A DNA stretch of 35,472 nucleotides from a virus (IMGVR_UViG_3300023181_000027:1-35472), one strand, 5' to 3'. Counted from the first letter of the stretch, positions 20,723-31,139 are shown. The notes: generated by a model not told the origin, from the letters alone. A program made the numbers and translations.

Positions 20723-21917
20723 GTATTACTGTTGCAACCGGTAGAAATGGTATTCCATCCGGAGTAAGGTTAAAATACTTAACTGTAACCATCTTACCAA
20801 TAAGAGTTTCAATGCTATTTGCATAACCAATCTTCAACTCTCTTGGGCCAATAGGTTTAGCCTCAAATTCTTTATCTTCTTTGGTAATACATCTGAAACA
20901 CATGTCTTCAGCACCACGTAAACCTTCTTTCATACCAATGATCTCGAACTCCGCATCTTGGAACTCTTTAATCTTGATCATCCGATCGTCTCTAGTGCCG
21001 TAACCATAAAGAGCGCTAGCATCTCTACAGATAGCACCTTCGAAGCCGTCACCAACATAAACATCATGTACACTCTTAATGCCCGCATAACTACTTAATT
21101 TAACTTGTGAATTAATTTTAATCTTATCTGTTTCGTCAAAGCTGGAAGCCAAACTATTTAGTAAGATTGCCCTCTCTTCTGCAGTTGAAGTATCATCAGC
21201 GTAATCGAAGATCCAAAACTCTAGATCATCGTGTCTATCCGGTGTGTACTCTTTAAGTGCAGCTTTACCAGCAAGTGTTTGTAAGCTGATACCATGTATG
21301 TAAAGTTCACCATCGATCATTTTATCATTACCAATCTTCTTGAACAGCCAAGCGAGCTTAGCCGATTCAAAGATCTTACTAAATGCAATGTCGAGTGATT
21401 TACCCGTACGTGAAATTGCTGAGAAGCCAGTTTCTAACTTAGCCACACCAGCCCGTATTCCATCCAGTTTTCTACTCACCCACCAGTCTTTACTCCAGCC
21501 CAATGGATTTATAGTACCATCCTTGTTGTAATACTTACTGACCCCTTTAGGATCTTTAGCAAGCATCACCTTCTTCACTGATGAAGCATACGTTTTACCC
21601 AACGGTAACCTTCCCGCAATTGCAGCATGGTCCATAGGATCAGGTACATCACTGTCATCAGGAAACAACTCATTAAGTAATTTATAGCCTTTATCACGTT
21701 GTTTGTTTATTATACTGCGTAGTTCAAGTTCAACTTGCTCGAGTACTGTCCTTTTCACTTTACCGGCTTTAACAGTTTTCACTGGCCCGTCTGTAAGTTT
21801 ACCATCAAGTAAACCACTTTTCCTTCTTATCTCGTAATAGTCTTCTACCTTGAACATCGAAATAATGAGTACTCTCACTTTATCTTTCGAGTCGCGGCTA
21901 TATAGGTATTGCGCCAT
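20709..21917 (-). CDS. lig: ATP-dependent DNA ligase
   Basis: KLDGIR, DGELY, F.IFD, EGAICR, KIKEF.DAEF, OB-fold TVKYF..T.DG.P. Confidence 0.92.
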   Translation of the reverse strand: MAQYLYSRDSKDKVRVLIISMFKVEDYYEIRRKSGLLDGKLTDGPVKTVKAGKVKRTVLEQVELELRSIINKQRDKGYKLLNELFPDDSDVPDPMDHAAIAGRLPLGKTYASSVKKVMLAKDPKGVSKYYNKDGTINPLGWSKDWWVSRKLDGIRAGVAKLETGFSAISRTGKSLDIAFSKIFESAKLAWLFKKIGNDKMIDGELYIHGISLQTLAGKAALKEYTPDRHDDLEFWIFDYADDTSTAEERAILLNSLASSFDETDKIKINSQVKLSSYAGIKSVHDVYVGDGFEGAICRDASALYGYGTRDDRMIKIKEFQDAEFEIIGMKEGLRGAEDMCFRCITKEDKEFEAKPIGPRELKIGYANSIETLIGKMVTVKYFNLTPDGIPFLPVATVIRDYE

Positions 21918-22166
21918 TTAAAATGTTATTCTCCAACTCTCTTTCGAATCTCTCTGATCGCTTGGAATTTTAGTTAATTTGTACCCTAAATTAGTGAAGT
22001 AATTGTACACACTATTATTTATGGTAACATAAGCTATTGTAGAATATTGACAGCTAGCTATAGCTCGATGAATCGCAGTGCTAACCTCTTCTATAAGCTT
22101 CTTGTTTGTAGCATTAGTTAAGTCATCAACTCTTGCTCTTGCTTCTTCTGCTTTTATCATCACCAA
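21918..22166 (-). CDS. hypothetical protein
   Basis: ORF; MIKAEEAR N-terminus resembles the neighbouring ORF. Confidence 0.65.
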   Translation of the reverse strand: MVMIKAEEARARVDDLTNATNKKLIEEVSTAIHRAIASCQYSTIAYVTINNSVYNYFTNLGYKLTKIPSDQRDSKESWRITF

Positions 22167-22411
22167 CTTATTTCGTAATCGTAACCAGCCAGACTATCAT
22201 AATAATCTACACTTTCAACTTTATATCCGCGCTCTTTAAGCGCAGCTATTGTCGCCGCATATAGAGTGCCAGCAGCTACACTCCTACATCCCCTTTCTGC
22301 AGCATTTTTAATTGCCTCTGAGTAAGCTGCTATTTGTTTATTACTCTTTTCTTCGTTTTGCTTGGCTAACACCGCTTCAGCGATCTTAGCTGCCTCTTTT
22401 GCTTGTATCAT
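22160..22411 (-). CDS. hypothetical protein, possible paralog of 21918-22166
   Basis: MIQAKEAA...I..A...G...L...GYKV...ISW pattern shared. Confidence 0.65.
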   Translation of the reverse strand: MIQAKEAAKIAEAVLAKQNEEKSNKQIAAYSEAIKNAAERGCRSVAAGTLYAATIAALKERGYKVESVDYYDSLAGYDYEISW

Positions 22412-22779
22412 TTTACCAACAGTTTATAAGTTAAAAACAGCTGCATGTAGTGTAATATTTGATCAAACCCAATGCTCACAAAGAAGTTATGTGTATCACC
22501 CTTCTTCCACAGATAACTATTCAATCTACTTGTGTAATAGTCAGTTATAGTGTGGGAGATGAAAGTAATAATACAAAAGTATAAAAGATACACTGCAGAG
22601 GATGCAGTCAACACAGCATACACAAAGCCACACACGAACCAAGTAAGAGTATAAGAAGTAGTATGAGAAAGTAAATGCCCCATATTACTAGATTTTCCTT
22701 TCGCATCCTTGTCTGTCTGAAATATGAAATCTGCCACCCAGTGGATTACTAGGAAGCAGAATATTGTTAATATTGTCAT
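22408..22779 (-). CDS. DUF3307-like membrane protein
   Basis: HWVADFIFQT, LLSH, H...D, IGFDQ.LH. Confidence 0.78.
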   Translation of the reverse strand: MTILTIFCFLVIHWVADFIFQTDKDAKGKSSNMGHLLSHTTSYTLTWFVCGFVYAVLTASSAVYLLYFCIITFISHTITDYYTSRLNSYLWKKGDTHNFFVSIGFDQILHYMQLFLTYKLLVK

Positions 22780-22780
22780 C

Positions 22781-24091
22781 TTAATTGGATAATGGATAGT
22801 CGACCTTGCCTGCACTTTCGTAGTTTTCAATTATGAAAGTATCAATGTCAAACTCTTCTATCTTTCTGTAAATCTTGTCTGTTTTAAAGGATAACGTAGG
22901 TAACTTGAATGTTTCATTCAACATCTGCTCGCCTATGAAAGGCACCTGATCAGTGTAAATGTGTGTATCACCTAAGTATCCAATTAAATCTCCAGTCTTC
23001 ATATTAACTATCTTAGCCAATAGTTCCAATAAGAAACCATAGCTAGCGATGTTAAAAGGTAAGCCAAGAGGTGTATCAACACTACGCTGATTCCAAGAAA
23101 GAGATAGCTCTCTTCGTGGTACGTTAAGTTGATCAAATATGCTATGCGCAATGTCAGAGCTGATGTGATAGTTTGTAATGAAGTTGAGTGGAGTTGGATC
23201 CCCTAACACCTCACTTCTCTCTTCCAACGACAACTCTCTAGTATAACATTGAAAACCGTAATGACATGGCGGCAACACTGAATTAGGTACATCAGTTGGA
23301 TTCCAAGCAGTTACCATTAACCTTCTGGAATCTGGATTAACTTGTAAATCATGTATTAATTGATTCACTTGATTCAGACCGCCGACATTAATTCGTTGAC
23401 CAGTATCAACGCTAACCTCACAAGCTCCTTCAGCCACAGCTTCGTGGAGTTCATCAAGTGTGGTAACAGGTGTGCAGAGTTGATCCGTTGTTACACGTAT
23501 ATATTCATCTTCACCCCATGAACACCACTGCTTGCCGTAGATTGGACCTAAATCACCCCATTCTTGAGCAAACCAATTACTCTCTTGTATTCTAGTAATG
23601 AACATCTCTCTAGTAAGAGGCCCATTATTGATCTCGTGTGGAGTAAGACGAGGTGAGGGAATTGATTGTACGTTGTAGTTGGTAGGATTGTCAGCGGACC
23701 ACCAGCGTTTCATATATTCGGGAAACTCCCTAACATAACGTTTATAGGCATCACCGACCCAAATATAACATTTGTTATCAACAAGGTACTTAATGTTAGT
23801 TCTACCTAAATGCTTATATTCCTCATCAATCATATGGACACCAAGAAACCATAACAGTTCTGTTATTATCCCTTTAGCGTACATCTTCTTTGATGTTAAT
23901 AGTGGAAAGCCATCAGACATTTTATGCCTAAACATCCTACCAAACACGCTACGTGTGCCAGTACCAGTACGATCTTCCTTCTTCGTCCCATTAGCCATAA
24001 TATCAGCAAGTAATTGCTTATACCAATGATCTAATTCATTCTTATGTGGTGGTACTGAAGTACCATTCACTTTTGTTATTTCCTCTACCAT
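22781..24091 (-). CDS. thyA: thymidylate synthase with insertions
   Basis: RTGTGT, FPLLT.KK, GPIYG.QW, SRR..V.AWNP, LPPCH, QRSVD..LGLPFN, GDTHIY. Confidence 0.93.
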   Translation of the reverse strand: MVEEITKVNGTSVPPHKNELDHWYKQLLADIMANGTKKEDRTGTGTRSVFGRMFRHKMSDGFPLLTSKKMYAKGIITELLWFLGVHMIDEEYKHLGRTNIKYLVDNKCYIWVGDAYKRYVREFPEYMKRWWSADNPTNYNVQSIPSPRLTPHEINNGPLTREMFITRIQESNWFAQEWGDLGPIYGKQWCSWGEDEYIRVTTDQLCTPVTTLDELHEAVAEGACEVSVDTGQRINVGGLNQVNQLIHDLQVNPDSRRLMVTAWNPTDVPNSVLPPCHYGFQCYTRELSLEERSEVLGDPTPLNFITNYHISSDIAHSIFDQLNVPRRELSLSWNQRSVDTPLGLPFNIASYGFLLELLAKIVNMKTGDLIGYLGDTHIYTDQVPFIGEQMLNETFKLPTLSFKTDKIYRKIEEFDIDTFIIENYESAGKVDYPLSN

Positions 24092-24549
24092 CCCATGTAC
24101 TTTATTGTGTTCTTAAATACACTGATCAACTGACCACTTAATTTAAACTTCTTCTTGTTATCATCTATTGATTTGCATAAGTTGCCATTATTCTGTCTCT
24201 CACTAGCAGCCTTCCAATCGAAGAACATCTCCATGAGATCGAATAGGTTCATTCCGTTAACGCCATTAGCGTAATGTTCCGGGTGATGAGGGTTGTTGGC
24301 ATAGTGATGATCTAATGCAGGTTTCAAAGCAGTTAAGAAGGTTTCATACTCTTCACTACCATACTCACATGCAGCGAGCTTAGGTGTTAAGAGATCAAAC
24401 AGCTCTTTCTCTGGTGAATGAAACTTACTTGCATCGTGTACTGCAGCTCTCCGCATTAATATACGACAAGCTTTCATTAGCAACTCATTGACTCTCTTAA
24501 CATGTAAGAGAGTCTGAGCAGTGCTATCGTATTGTTGTTCTGTTTCCAT
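24085..24549 (-). CDS. DUF5662-like HD-type protein
   Basis: H...V...HD.SK...HHY.NN.HHPEH...EM..DW. Confidence 0.75.
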   Translation of the reverse strand: METEQQYDSTAQTLLHVKRVNELLMKACRILMRRAAVHDASKFHSPEKELFDLLTPKLAACEYGSEEYETFLTALKPALDHHYANNPHHPEHYANGVNGMNLFDLMEMFFDWKAASERQNNGNLCKSIDDNKKKFKLSGQLISVFKNTIKYMGW

Positions 24550-24551
24550 TT

Positions 24552-25505
24552 TTAAAAGTTACCGTACTCAACCTGAAGACATTTCAGGCCAAGTTCTTCT
24601 CTCCACATGTTCACCACTTGATCGCGATCATCAAATACAGCCTCAATGTAATATTTGTCTTTGATATGCTGATGATAGATCTCTTTTTTAATGATGTTGT
24701 CCTTCCTGAAGTCATTTGTCGGTCTCATTAGAAGTTGTTCATATTCTTGGCCATAGTATACACCCAACCAAGCTTCTGTTTTCTTCCTCGCTGAACCATC
24801 TCTACCAGAGAGGAATATCACTTTATAAAAGAGTGATAGTGTACGTACAATGTTAAGTACGTTCTCATCCGGATCGTCAAGATCAACCTTCAACCAATCA
24901 TATGGACCACGGTGATCACCCATGTGTGCAACTGTACCGTCAATATCAACGATAATCGCTTTCGGGAGATTAGGATTTTGTTCGCCAACCACAATTGTAC
25001 CTTTAGGTGTCGCTGTTTCTGTTATAAGTTTAAGCAGGTCTGCTTTCGCTGTAAGGACACTCTTAAAACCTTTGTACATTTTATCAATTACATCTTCTGG
25101 TACAACCTTATCGCGTTGTAAATTTTGAGCTTTGATCTCTTTAATAGAGAGCTCTGCTCCAATAACTTTAAGTACAATCCGAGCATCTTTACCAAACTTA
25201 GTAATAGTCTCTTTAAGTGTCTTTAAGTTACAGTGTGTATTGTCAAGCAAGACATTGTAACCGTGACGAAGAGCTGCAAAAGTTGCAGCATCGATATTCG
25301 CGCTTACTAGATCTTCTATTTCCTCACCAGGATACCACTTGTCTGCTAACATGTGGCGGAATTCATCTCTGGATAATTTCACATATCCAGGGTTTGATTT
25401 TAGAAACTGACGTGCAAAGGTAGATTTTCCACTACCTGGTACACCTATCAATATCATTATTTCGTTACTCTGCGGTATCAGAGTTTTCTTCTTCTTGTTG
25501 GGCAT
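24552..25505 (-). CDS. polynucleotide 5'-kinase/3'-phosphatase (T4 PseT-like)
   Basis: GVPGSGKST P-loop, RDEFR, DNTH; C-terminal HAD DIDGT, FDDR; true start may be 25457. Confidence 0.92.
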   Translation of the reverse strand: MPNKKKKTLIPQSNEIMILIGVPGSGKSTFARQFLKSNPGYVKLSRDEFRHMLADKWYPGEEIEDLVSANIDAATFAALRHGYNVLLDNTHCNLKTLKETITKFGKDARIVLKVIGAELSIKEIKAQNLQRDKVVPEDVIDKMYKGFKSVLTAKADLLKLITETATPKGTIVVGEQNPNLPKAIIVDIDGTVAHMGDHRGPYDWLKVDLDDPDENVLNIVRTLSLFYKVIFLSGRDGSARKKTEAWLGVYYGQEYEQLLMRPTNDFRKDNIIKKEIYHQHIKDKYYIEAVFDDRDQVVNMWREELGLKCLQVEYGNF

Positions 25506-26823
25506 CTTCTATGTTTTCCTCTCCTTTGTCTAACTCTTTAGTTTCATGCTCTAAGAATCTAAACGATTTTAATTTAAGTGCTTCTGGGTTACTGTAACCT
25601 TCTATACGTAGAACAATACCTTCTGCTGGCACTTTATTCGCACAGAACTGACAGTCTTGATCGTACACATAAGCTGACTTAAGTGCCTCTAAATACTGTT
25701 CTCTCCACTCTTCAAGTGTAAGTACAGTGTTACCATGTTCGTCTGCTGCATCGAACCAACCATTAGCTGGTCCAAAGTAAATCAGTGGACAAGTTTCTAC
25801 ACCTAACTGCTCCGCCCTTTCCTGCACCATGAAATATGGGAGGTCGATGACTTTCCCTTGTGTGGAAGTTTGGGTGATACGGTAGACGTAGATTTTGTAT
25901 TCATTCTCTTTGCAGCCATAGTCATATCCTTTTTGGATATACCCACCGTCCTTGGTGAAGCCCACGCACTCGCCATAGATAGTTTCGCCATCGAGCAGAT
26001 TATCTTTGAAGTGTTCGTTAATATCCTTCCAAAGATCATACTTGTAGTAATGCTCCGGATTCGTGTTAATATCTTCATTCTTAATTACTTTTCTGCTAGA
26101 GTAGATATTGTCATATTGAGTAGTTGACACCCCGACTCCGAGCCATTTTGCAAACTTTTCATACCATTTGAGTGGTCGTTTACATAGTACTTTAGAGGAA
26201 ACGAAACTTGTGCCGTGGAGTTTCCATGAGATCGAAATGATATTGTCTGGTTGCAGTCTATGCAGATTCTTACCGAGTTGTGCCGTGTCATAATGAAGTC
26301 TAAATTGATTATCAATAATTTTCGATTCCCGAACTTTTTTATTGTGTTGTGTGGTAAGTGAACCAGTTCCTTGTTTCTTTACCACATACTTTTTAACGAT
26401 TTCCTCCCCGTTAACAGTGTCAAATTCTTCACCTACTAAAGAGGTAAGGTCACTTACTTTATCGCCTAAGATGTAAGCTAAAGTGTCAATAGGGGCAACA
26501 TAACCCATGGATTTGTTACCTCTCAATCGAACTGCCTTCACTCTACCTTTCTCCTCGAAGAAGCCTGGTTTAGCATTAATGTCAGCATTTAACTCTTTAG
26601 TCTTAAACTCGTTATTTGCTTTTAAATAGCTGGCAGAAATCTGACACTCAAGTGGAAAGTAGATACCAATAGTACCTTCCTTCGTTTGATTACTTGTGAT
26701 GATCTCATTACCATCCACATTAAATACTAATAAGAAGTCTGAGTTATGTGCTGGTCTCAGATTCTTTATTTGAATTATCTTTGCCAGATAATTCGGGTTG
26801 TGTTTTGTTGATTTGCTTAACAT
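25465..26823 (-). CDS. RNA ligase (DRB0094/Rnl5-like, N-terminal OB domain)
   Basis: KLHGT, IYGE..G, EGIVLR, LKLKS..F; N-terminal tRNA-binding-like region. Confidence 0.85.
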   Translation of the reverse strand: MLSKSTKHNPNYLAKIIQIKNLRPAHNSDFLLVFNVDGNEIITSNQTKEGTIGIYFPLECQISASYLKANNEFKTKELNADINAKPGFFEEKGRVKAVRLRGNKSMGYVAPIDTLAYILGDKVSDLTSLVGEEFDTVNGEEIVKKYVVKKQGTGSLTTQHNKKVRESKIIDNQFRLHYDTAQLGKNLHRLQPDNIISISWKLHGTSFVSSKVLCKRPLKWYEKFAKWLGVGVSTTQYDNIYSSRKVIKNEDINTNPEHYYKYDLWKDINEHFKDNLLDGETIYGECVGFTKDGGYIQKGYDYGCKENEYKIYVYRITQTSTQGKVIDLPYFMVQERAEQLGVETCPLIYFGPANGWFDAADEHGNTVLTLEEWREQYLEALKSAYVYDQDCQFCANKVPAEGIVLRIEGYSNPEALKLKSFRFLEHETKELDKGEENIEDAQQEEENSDTAE

Positions 26824-27178
26824 CTTTCTCTTTTTCTCCCTCTCTAAATCTTTTCGTTATTATTACCGCACCAAGTCTATTTAAGGTACGTTGCAATGTC
26901 AAATACCGCGCACGGTCTTCGATCATTCGGTTCACACGTAAGCGCACTTCTCTCTGATCCCGTTCATTACTATCGTAATTATATGGGACTCCACGAGAAA
27001 GTACAATCTCACTTATGTAGTCACGTTCAGTGAAAGACATCTTCTGCCAAGGCCATATAGGTTTCTTGACTCTTATATTGACTCTCTTCTCGTAACTCTT
27101 TAAAAGGTAAATCTCCCCAGATACATCTAGTAGTAGATTGCCAGTTAGTTTAATCAGCGCTTTTTGTAACTCTTCCAT
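26744..27178 (-). CDS. hypothetical protein
   Basis: Likely start MEELQK. Confidence 0.55.
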   Translation of the reverse strand: MEELQKALIKLTGNLLLDVSGEIYLLKSYEKRVNIRVKKPIWPWQKMSFTERDYISEIVLSRGVPYNYDSNERDQREVRLRVNRMIEDRARYLTLQRTLNRLGAVIITKRFREGEKEKDVKQINKTQPELSGKDNSNKESETST

Positions 27179-27626
27179 TGGGCTCGAAATAATAATGAAA
27201 CACCTCACCTCTATAATCACTTGGCAAGTCAAAAGTTGTATCGCCAGGTGTGTCGTCGTTTATATGCGACCAGTGTACTTCCTCACATAAAGGAAGCAAC
27301 TGCCTATAGATTTGTGATCCACCAATCACCCAAATGTTCTGCTCGCCATCAAAGAGCCTTGCGTCTTCAAAAGCTTCTTTTACCATCTCTAATAATGAAC
27401 CACTGACTACGTTATCATTCTCTTCGAAGCTGGCATTGCTTACCACATAATGCCATCTACCCGGTAATGGTTTACTACCAAAGCTTCGATAAGTATTGCC
27501 ACCGAGAATTACCAATCCACCAATGGTGAGCTTCTTGAAATGCTGCATATCTTCCTTGCACTTCCAAGGTATTTGTCCATCTTTACCTATAACCCCTAGG
27601 TTATTTGTTGCTACGATTAGCTTCAT
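27150..27626 (-). CDS. folA: dihydrofolate reductase
   Basis: IG..G.IPW...EDM.HFK.LT, PLPGR, VIGG.QIY, GDT.F. Confidence 0.9.
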   Translation of the reverse strand: MKLIVATNNLGVIGKDGQIPWKCKEDMQHFKKLTIGGLVILGGNTYRSFGSKPLPGRWHYVVSNASFEENDNVVSGSLLEMVKEAFEDARLFDGEQNIWVIGGSQIYRQLLPLCEEVHWSHINDDTPGDTTFDLPSDYRGEVFHYYFEPNGRVTKSAD

Positions 27627-27639
27627 AATTGTACAAATT

Positions 27640-27671
27640 AAAAAAAGGGTAACTATTGCTAGTTACCCTTT
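27640..27671 (-). terminator. intrinsic terminator
   Basis: AAGGGTAACTA-GCAA-TAGTTACCCTT plus T-run. Confidence 0.85.
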
Positions 27672-27674
27672 AGG

Positions 27675-28013
27675 TTAGTTATTCACACGACACCACACGG
27701 CGCCGGCAACCTGATTAGCGATTTCACCATGCACATTAAATAATGTTAATGGCTGCACACCAGTATAAAGAAGCGTACGTAAATCTCGCCCGTCTACTAA
27801 TTTTAAGCAAGGATCACCTTCTAAGAAGCTATCCAAGCTTTTGTAGTATTCCAACAATACGTAGTATTTAACTTTGCCAAGAAGTTCAGTGAAACTGGTT
27901 TTATCAATCGTAATCACCTCTTCACTTTTAATACCAATCACTATTGCTATACTAGTAGGCTGTTCAACATTACCCCAACACCTCAACGGTTGGTTTATTT
28001 TTAAATACCTCAT
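27675..28013 (-). CDS. hypothetical protein
   Basis: ORF only. Confidence 0.6.
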   Translation of the reverse strand: MRYLKINQPLRCWGNVEQPTSIAIVIGIKSEEVITIDKTSFTELLGKVKYYVLLEYYKSLDSFLEGDPCLKLVDGRDLRTLLYTGVQPLTLFNVHGEIANQVAGAVWCRVNN

Positions 28014-28794
28014 TCTTGTGTTCTCTTTGTTCTTTTCTTTCTACAACTTTCTCTTGCAGATACTTCATGATTTGAATTGCTAAAGGATGTCTAAAGTTCT
28101 CTAGCAGCTCTACTACGGCTACACCAGGGAACTTAGCATGTATGTCTTGTACGAAGTTTGCAGCTGAACTATGTTTGTCGTGTAAATCAATCTGATTTAG
28201 ATCACTGGTGAATACCATCCATGAGTTCGGACAAATCCTAGTAACCAGCGCAATCATGTCATCAACCGTCATGTTTTGACTCTCATCAATAACGACGAAG
28301 ACATTCTTAAAGTTCTTACCGCGCACAAACTGTACTGGCAATACTTCAATCTTACCTGCTTCGATCATATCATCGATTTCCTTCTTCGATCTTAAATCAT
28401 ACATCGTATCTAACAAGGGTGAGATGTAAGGCGCCATTTTTCCCTCGGTGGCTGAATTACCAACTCCGGGTAGGAACCCCATATCCTTACCTACAACCTC
28501 AATAGGTCTGGTTAGAATGATTTTGTCAACGTGGCCCTTAATCAGTCGATCAAGTGCAGCATGGCATGCTATCGTAGACTTCGCTGTACCAGGTTCACCT
28601 TTTAAAAAGGTGACTACATTCTCTAAAACCGTAGCCTTAGCTAATTTCTGTTCAGCTGTTAGGCGGATATGGAAAGTAACTGGACCTTCTTTAATCTTCC
28701 TAACTTTTTCCACCTTATCCACCTCACGGTCATTGATAAGGGAGTCTAGCACGCTTGGAAGGCTTACCGCCTCTGCTTGTTTTTTCTTACTCAT
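27970..28794 (-). CDS. phoH: PhoH-like ATPase
   Basis: G.PGT.KS, TRP, GFLPG, RG, IDESQN, D..QIDL, RHP. Confidence 0.92.
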   Translation of the reverse strand: MSKKKQAEAVSLPSVLDSLINDREVDKVEKVRKIKEGPVTFHIRLTAEQKLAKATVLENVVTFLKGEPGTAKSTIACHAALDRLIKGHVDKIILTRPIEVVGKDMGFLPGVGNSATEGKMAPYISPLLDTMYDLRSKKEIDDMIEAGKIEVLPVQFVRGKNFKNVFVVIDESQNMTVDDMIALVTRICPNSWMVFTSDLNQIDLHDKHSSAANFVQDIHAKFPGVAVVELLENFRHPLAIQIMKYLQEKVVERKEQREHKNEVFKNKPTVEVLG

Positions 28795-28826
28795 GTGTGT
28801 TTAGTTTAAGTCTGCAATATACGAAA

Positions 28827-29123
28827 TTAATCTTTAGACTCAGAACTATCTTCCACTTTAGGTTTAGAGCTCTTTACTTTCTTACTCTTATGTGTCTCAT
28901 CCTTAACCACTTGCTCCACGTGTTTTACGTCACCTTTGAGTTGAGTGATTGTTTCTTCCGGAACTTCCACTTTAAGCTGTAAAGCTTTCACCTCATTAAG
29001 TAAGGCTATTCTATTGTTATAAGTGTACCAATCTAAGGTGTGTTCAGGTGAACCATCTCTAAGTTCAGTTTCACGAGTAAGTAGTTCCTCAAACTTATGT
29101 TGAGGTATGTTAATCAGTACCAT
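28827..29123 (-). CDS. hypothetical protein
   Basis: ORF only. Confidence 0.6.
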   Translation of the reverse strand: MVLINIPQHKFEELLTRETELRDGSPEHTLDWYTYNNRIALLNEVKALQLKVEVPEETITQLKGDVKHVEQVVKDETHKSKKVKSSKPKVEDSSESKD

Positions 29124-29400
29124 TTAGCTTTTGTTTTATGACTTCTGCAGTAGCTGCACCTTCTTCGTAATAGTGTGCAGCATATATATCCTCTTCATCT
29201 TTGAATAGTAACAGTGGAATGTTAGTTGTTGCAAACTGCATCAAATAACTCTTACCTGTTCTACGCTCTACGAACTTAGTGGATTCGATGTTATACTCCT
29301 CCAACTCAAACTCTGTATCTTTCTTTACCTCATCAAGAACCTTCGAGAGGTCTTGACAAGGCTGACAATTTGATTTATATACTTTGATTACTGTTTTCAT
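29110..29400 (-). CDS. thioredoxin/glutaredoxin-like protein
   Basis: CQPC active site, cis-Pro IP, adjacent to nrdA. Confidence 0.8.
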   Translation of the reverse strand: MKTVIKVYKSNCQPCQDLSKVLDEVKKDTEFELEEYNIESTKFVERRTGKSYLMQFATTNIPLLLFKDEEDIYAAHYYEEGAATAEVIKQKLNGTD

Positions 29401-31139
29401 TATCCCTCACATACTAAACATTCACTATACAGATCCCGTTGTAGGGCTTTATCAGCTTTCAACTTACTTTCACTCTTTAAGTAGTACAAGCTCTTCAATC
29501 CAACCTCATATGCTTCCATATGAACTTTATTGATGAACTTTGCTTCAGCATCCTGATAGAAGAATAAATTTACACTCTGACCTTGATCAAGGAATGTCTG
29601 TCTAATACCTGCTTGTCTCACAACTTCGAGCTGATTGATTTCGCGGGCTGTACGGAACACTTCTTTCTCGTCTTTGGTCAAACCCTTAACGTTACGAACA
29701 CTTCCACCATCGGCTTCTATTTGATCCCAGATAGATTCTATGTTCATGAGTTTAGCTTCTAAATAGTCGACTAACACTGGACACCTTTTCACATGTAAAC
29801 CTTTTGCCGTATCATCAATAAATTGATTTGCGGTATCGGCCTCCGTTGACTGACTTATACCACCTGCTAACGAAGCGCTACTTCTATTAGGGGCAATAGC
29901 CATATTTGTTAGGTTACGAGTACCTTGGCCCTCGCACCATTCTGGTTCTCCATACTTAACGGCCATATCAGCGCTTGCACGCTTACTCTCTTTCTGAATG
30001 TGACCAAATATGATTCTGGTCCAAGAGTTGGCTTGTATTCCAGTGAATGGAATCATTTTGCTCTTTAAGAATGAATGCCATCCTAATGCACCTAACCCTA
30101 AGGCACGTGATTTAATGGCAAATCTCCGAGCGTCTTCAATACCCTTAATGTCAGCACTCTTCTCAATGAACTCTGACATAACAGCGTCAAGGAACATAGT
30201 GGCTAAATATACTGCATCAGTGTCTTTCCATTCATCCCACTTGAATAGGTTCATAGAAGACAGGCAACATACTAGTGTGTGATTTTCATCAGTTGGTAAG
30301 AAGATTTCCGCACACAGATTACTGTGACGGACTACCAGATTCTTCAATTTCCACCATTCTGGTAAGTTACGGTTTACGTTGTCAGTGAAGAAGATATAAG
30401 GTTCACCAGTTTTTACTCTAGTCTTTAGAGTGGCAAGCCATAGCTCCCTCTCCACACCTTTTTTCTCTATCACCTGTTGCATAAACGCATCGTCGAATTT
30501 AGCTCCTTGGTGAATGATATGACATTGTCTGTTCAACTCACCCTCTCCAGTACGTAAACGTAGGAACTCTGGATATTCTTTATGTGATGCATCGAGATAT
30601 ATCGCTACAGCTCCTCTGCGGGTACTTCCTTGCTTAGATGCTAATATGGTACTGTCGAACGACTTAATAAACGGCACAATACCGTCACTACTACCATTCT
30701 TACCACCTTGAATAGGAGAACCAATTGCCCTGACTCCAGAGAAGTCATAAGCGGTACCACCACCATGTTTAGATAACATCGCCATTTCAAGATTCTTACG
30801 GTAGATGTCATACATATCATCACCCACAACACCTGAGAAACATGATATTGGCAACCCTCTTGTAGTCCCCATATTACACATTACCGGCGTGGATGGAATA
30901 AGCCAACCATTCCATAGAATCTTATAGAATCTATCTTCCAATTCTTTATCTTGTAAATAGTGCGCTGCTGTGCGCGATAATCTGCGGTATGCCACTGAAG
31001 GTACTTCATCCTTTAATAGATAAGCACCCTGAATAGTTGTCAGATAATGGGAGTTATTACCCCATACAGGGTAATCTTCTCCTACAATCCAACCTTTCTT
31101 CGCGGCTAACGGGTGTGTGGTAACTTTTTTGTCGCTCAT
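29400..31139 (-). CDS. nrdA: ribonucleotide reductase class Ia alpha subunit
   Basis: STP, SCF, GGG, SNLCAEI, CCL, APN, KSLYY, C-terminal CxxC. Confidence 0.95.
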   Translation of the reverse strand: MSDKKVTTHPLAAKKGWIVGEDYPVWGNNSHYLTTIQGAYLLKDEVPSVAYRRLSRTAAHYLQDKELEDRFYKILWNGWLIPSTPVMCNMGTTRGLPISCFSGVVGDDMYDIYRKNLEMAMLSKHGGGTAYDFSGVRAIGSPIQGGKNGSSDGIVPFIKSFDSTILASKQGSTRRGAVAIYLDASHKEYPEFLRLRTGEGELNRQCHIIHQGAKFDDAFMQQVIEKKGVERELWLATLKTRVKTGEPYIFFTDNVNRNLPEWWKLKNLVVRHSNLCAEIFLPTDENHTLVCCLSSMNLFKWDEWKDTDAVYLATMFLDAVMSEFIEKSADIKGIEDARRFAIKSRALGLGALGWHSFLKSKMIPFTGIQANSWTRIIFGHIQKESKRASADMAVKYGEPEWCEGQGTRNLTNMAIAPNRSSASLAGGISQSTEADTANQFIDDTAKGLHVKRCPVLVDYLEAKLMNIESIWDQIEADGGSVRNVKGLTKDEKEVFRTAREINQLEVVRQAGIRQTFLDQGQSVNLFFYQDAEAKFINKVHMEAYEVGLKSLYYLKSESKLKADKALQRDLYSECLVCEG

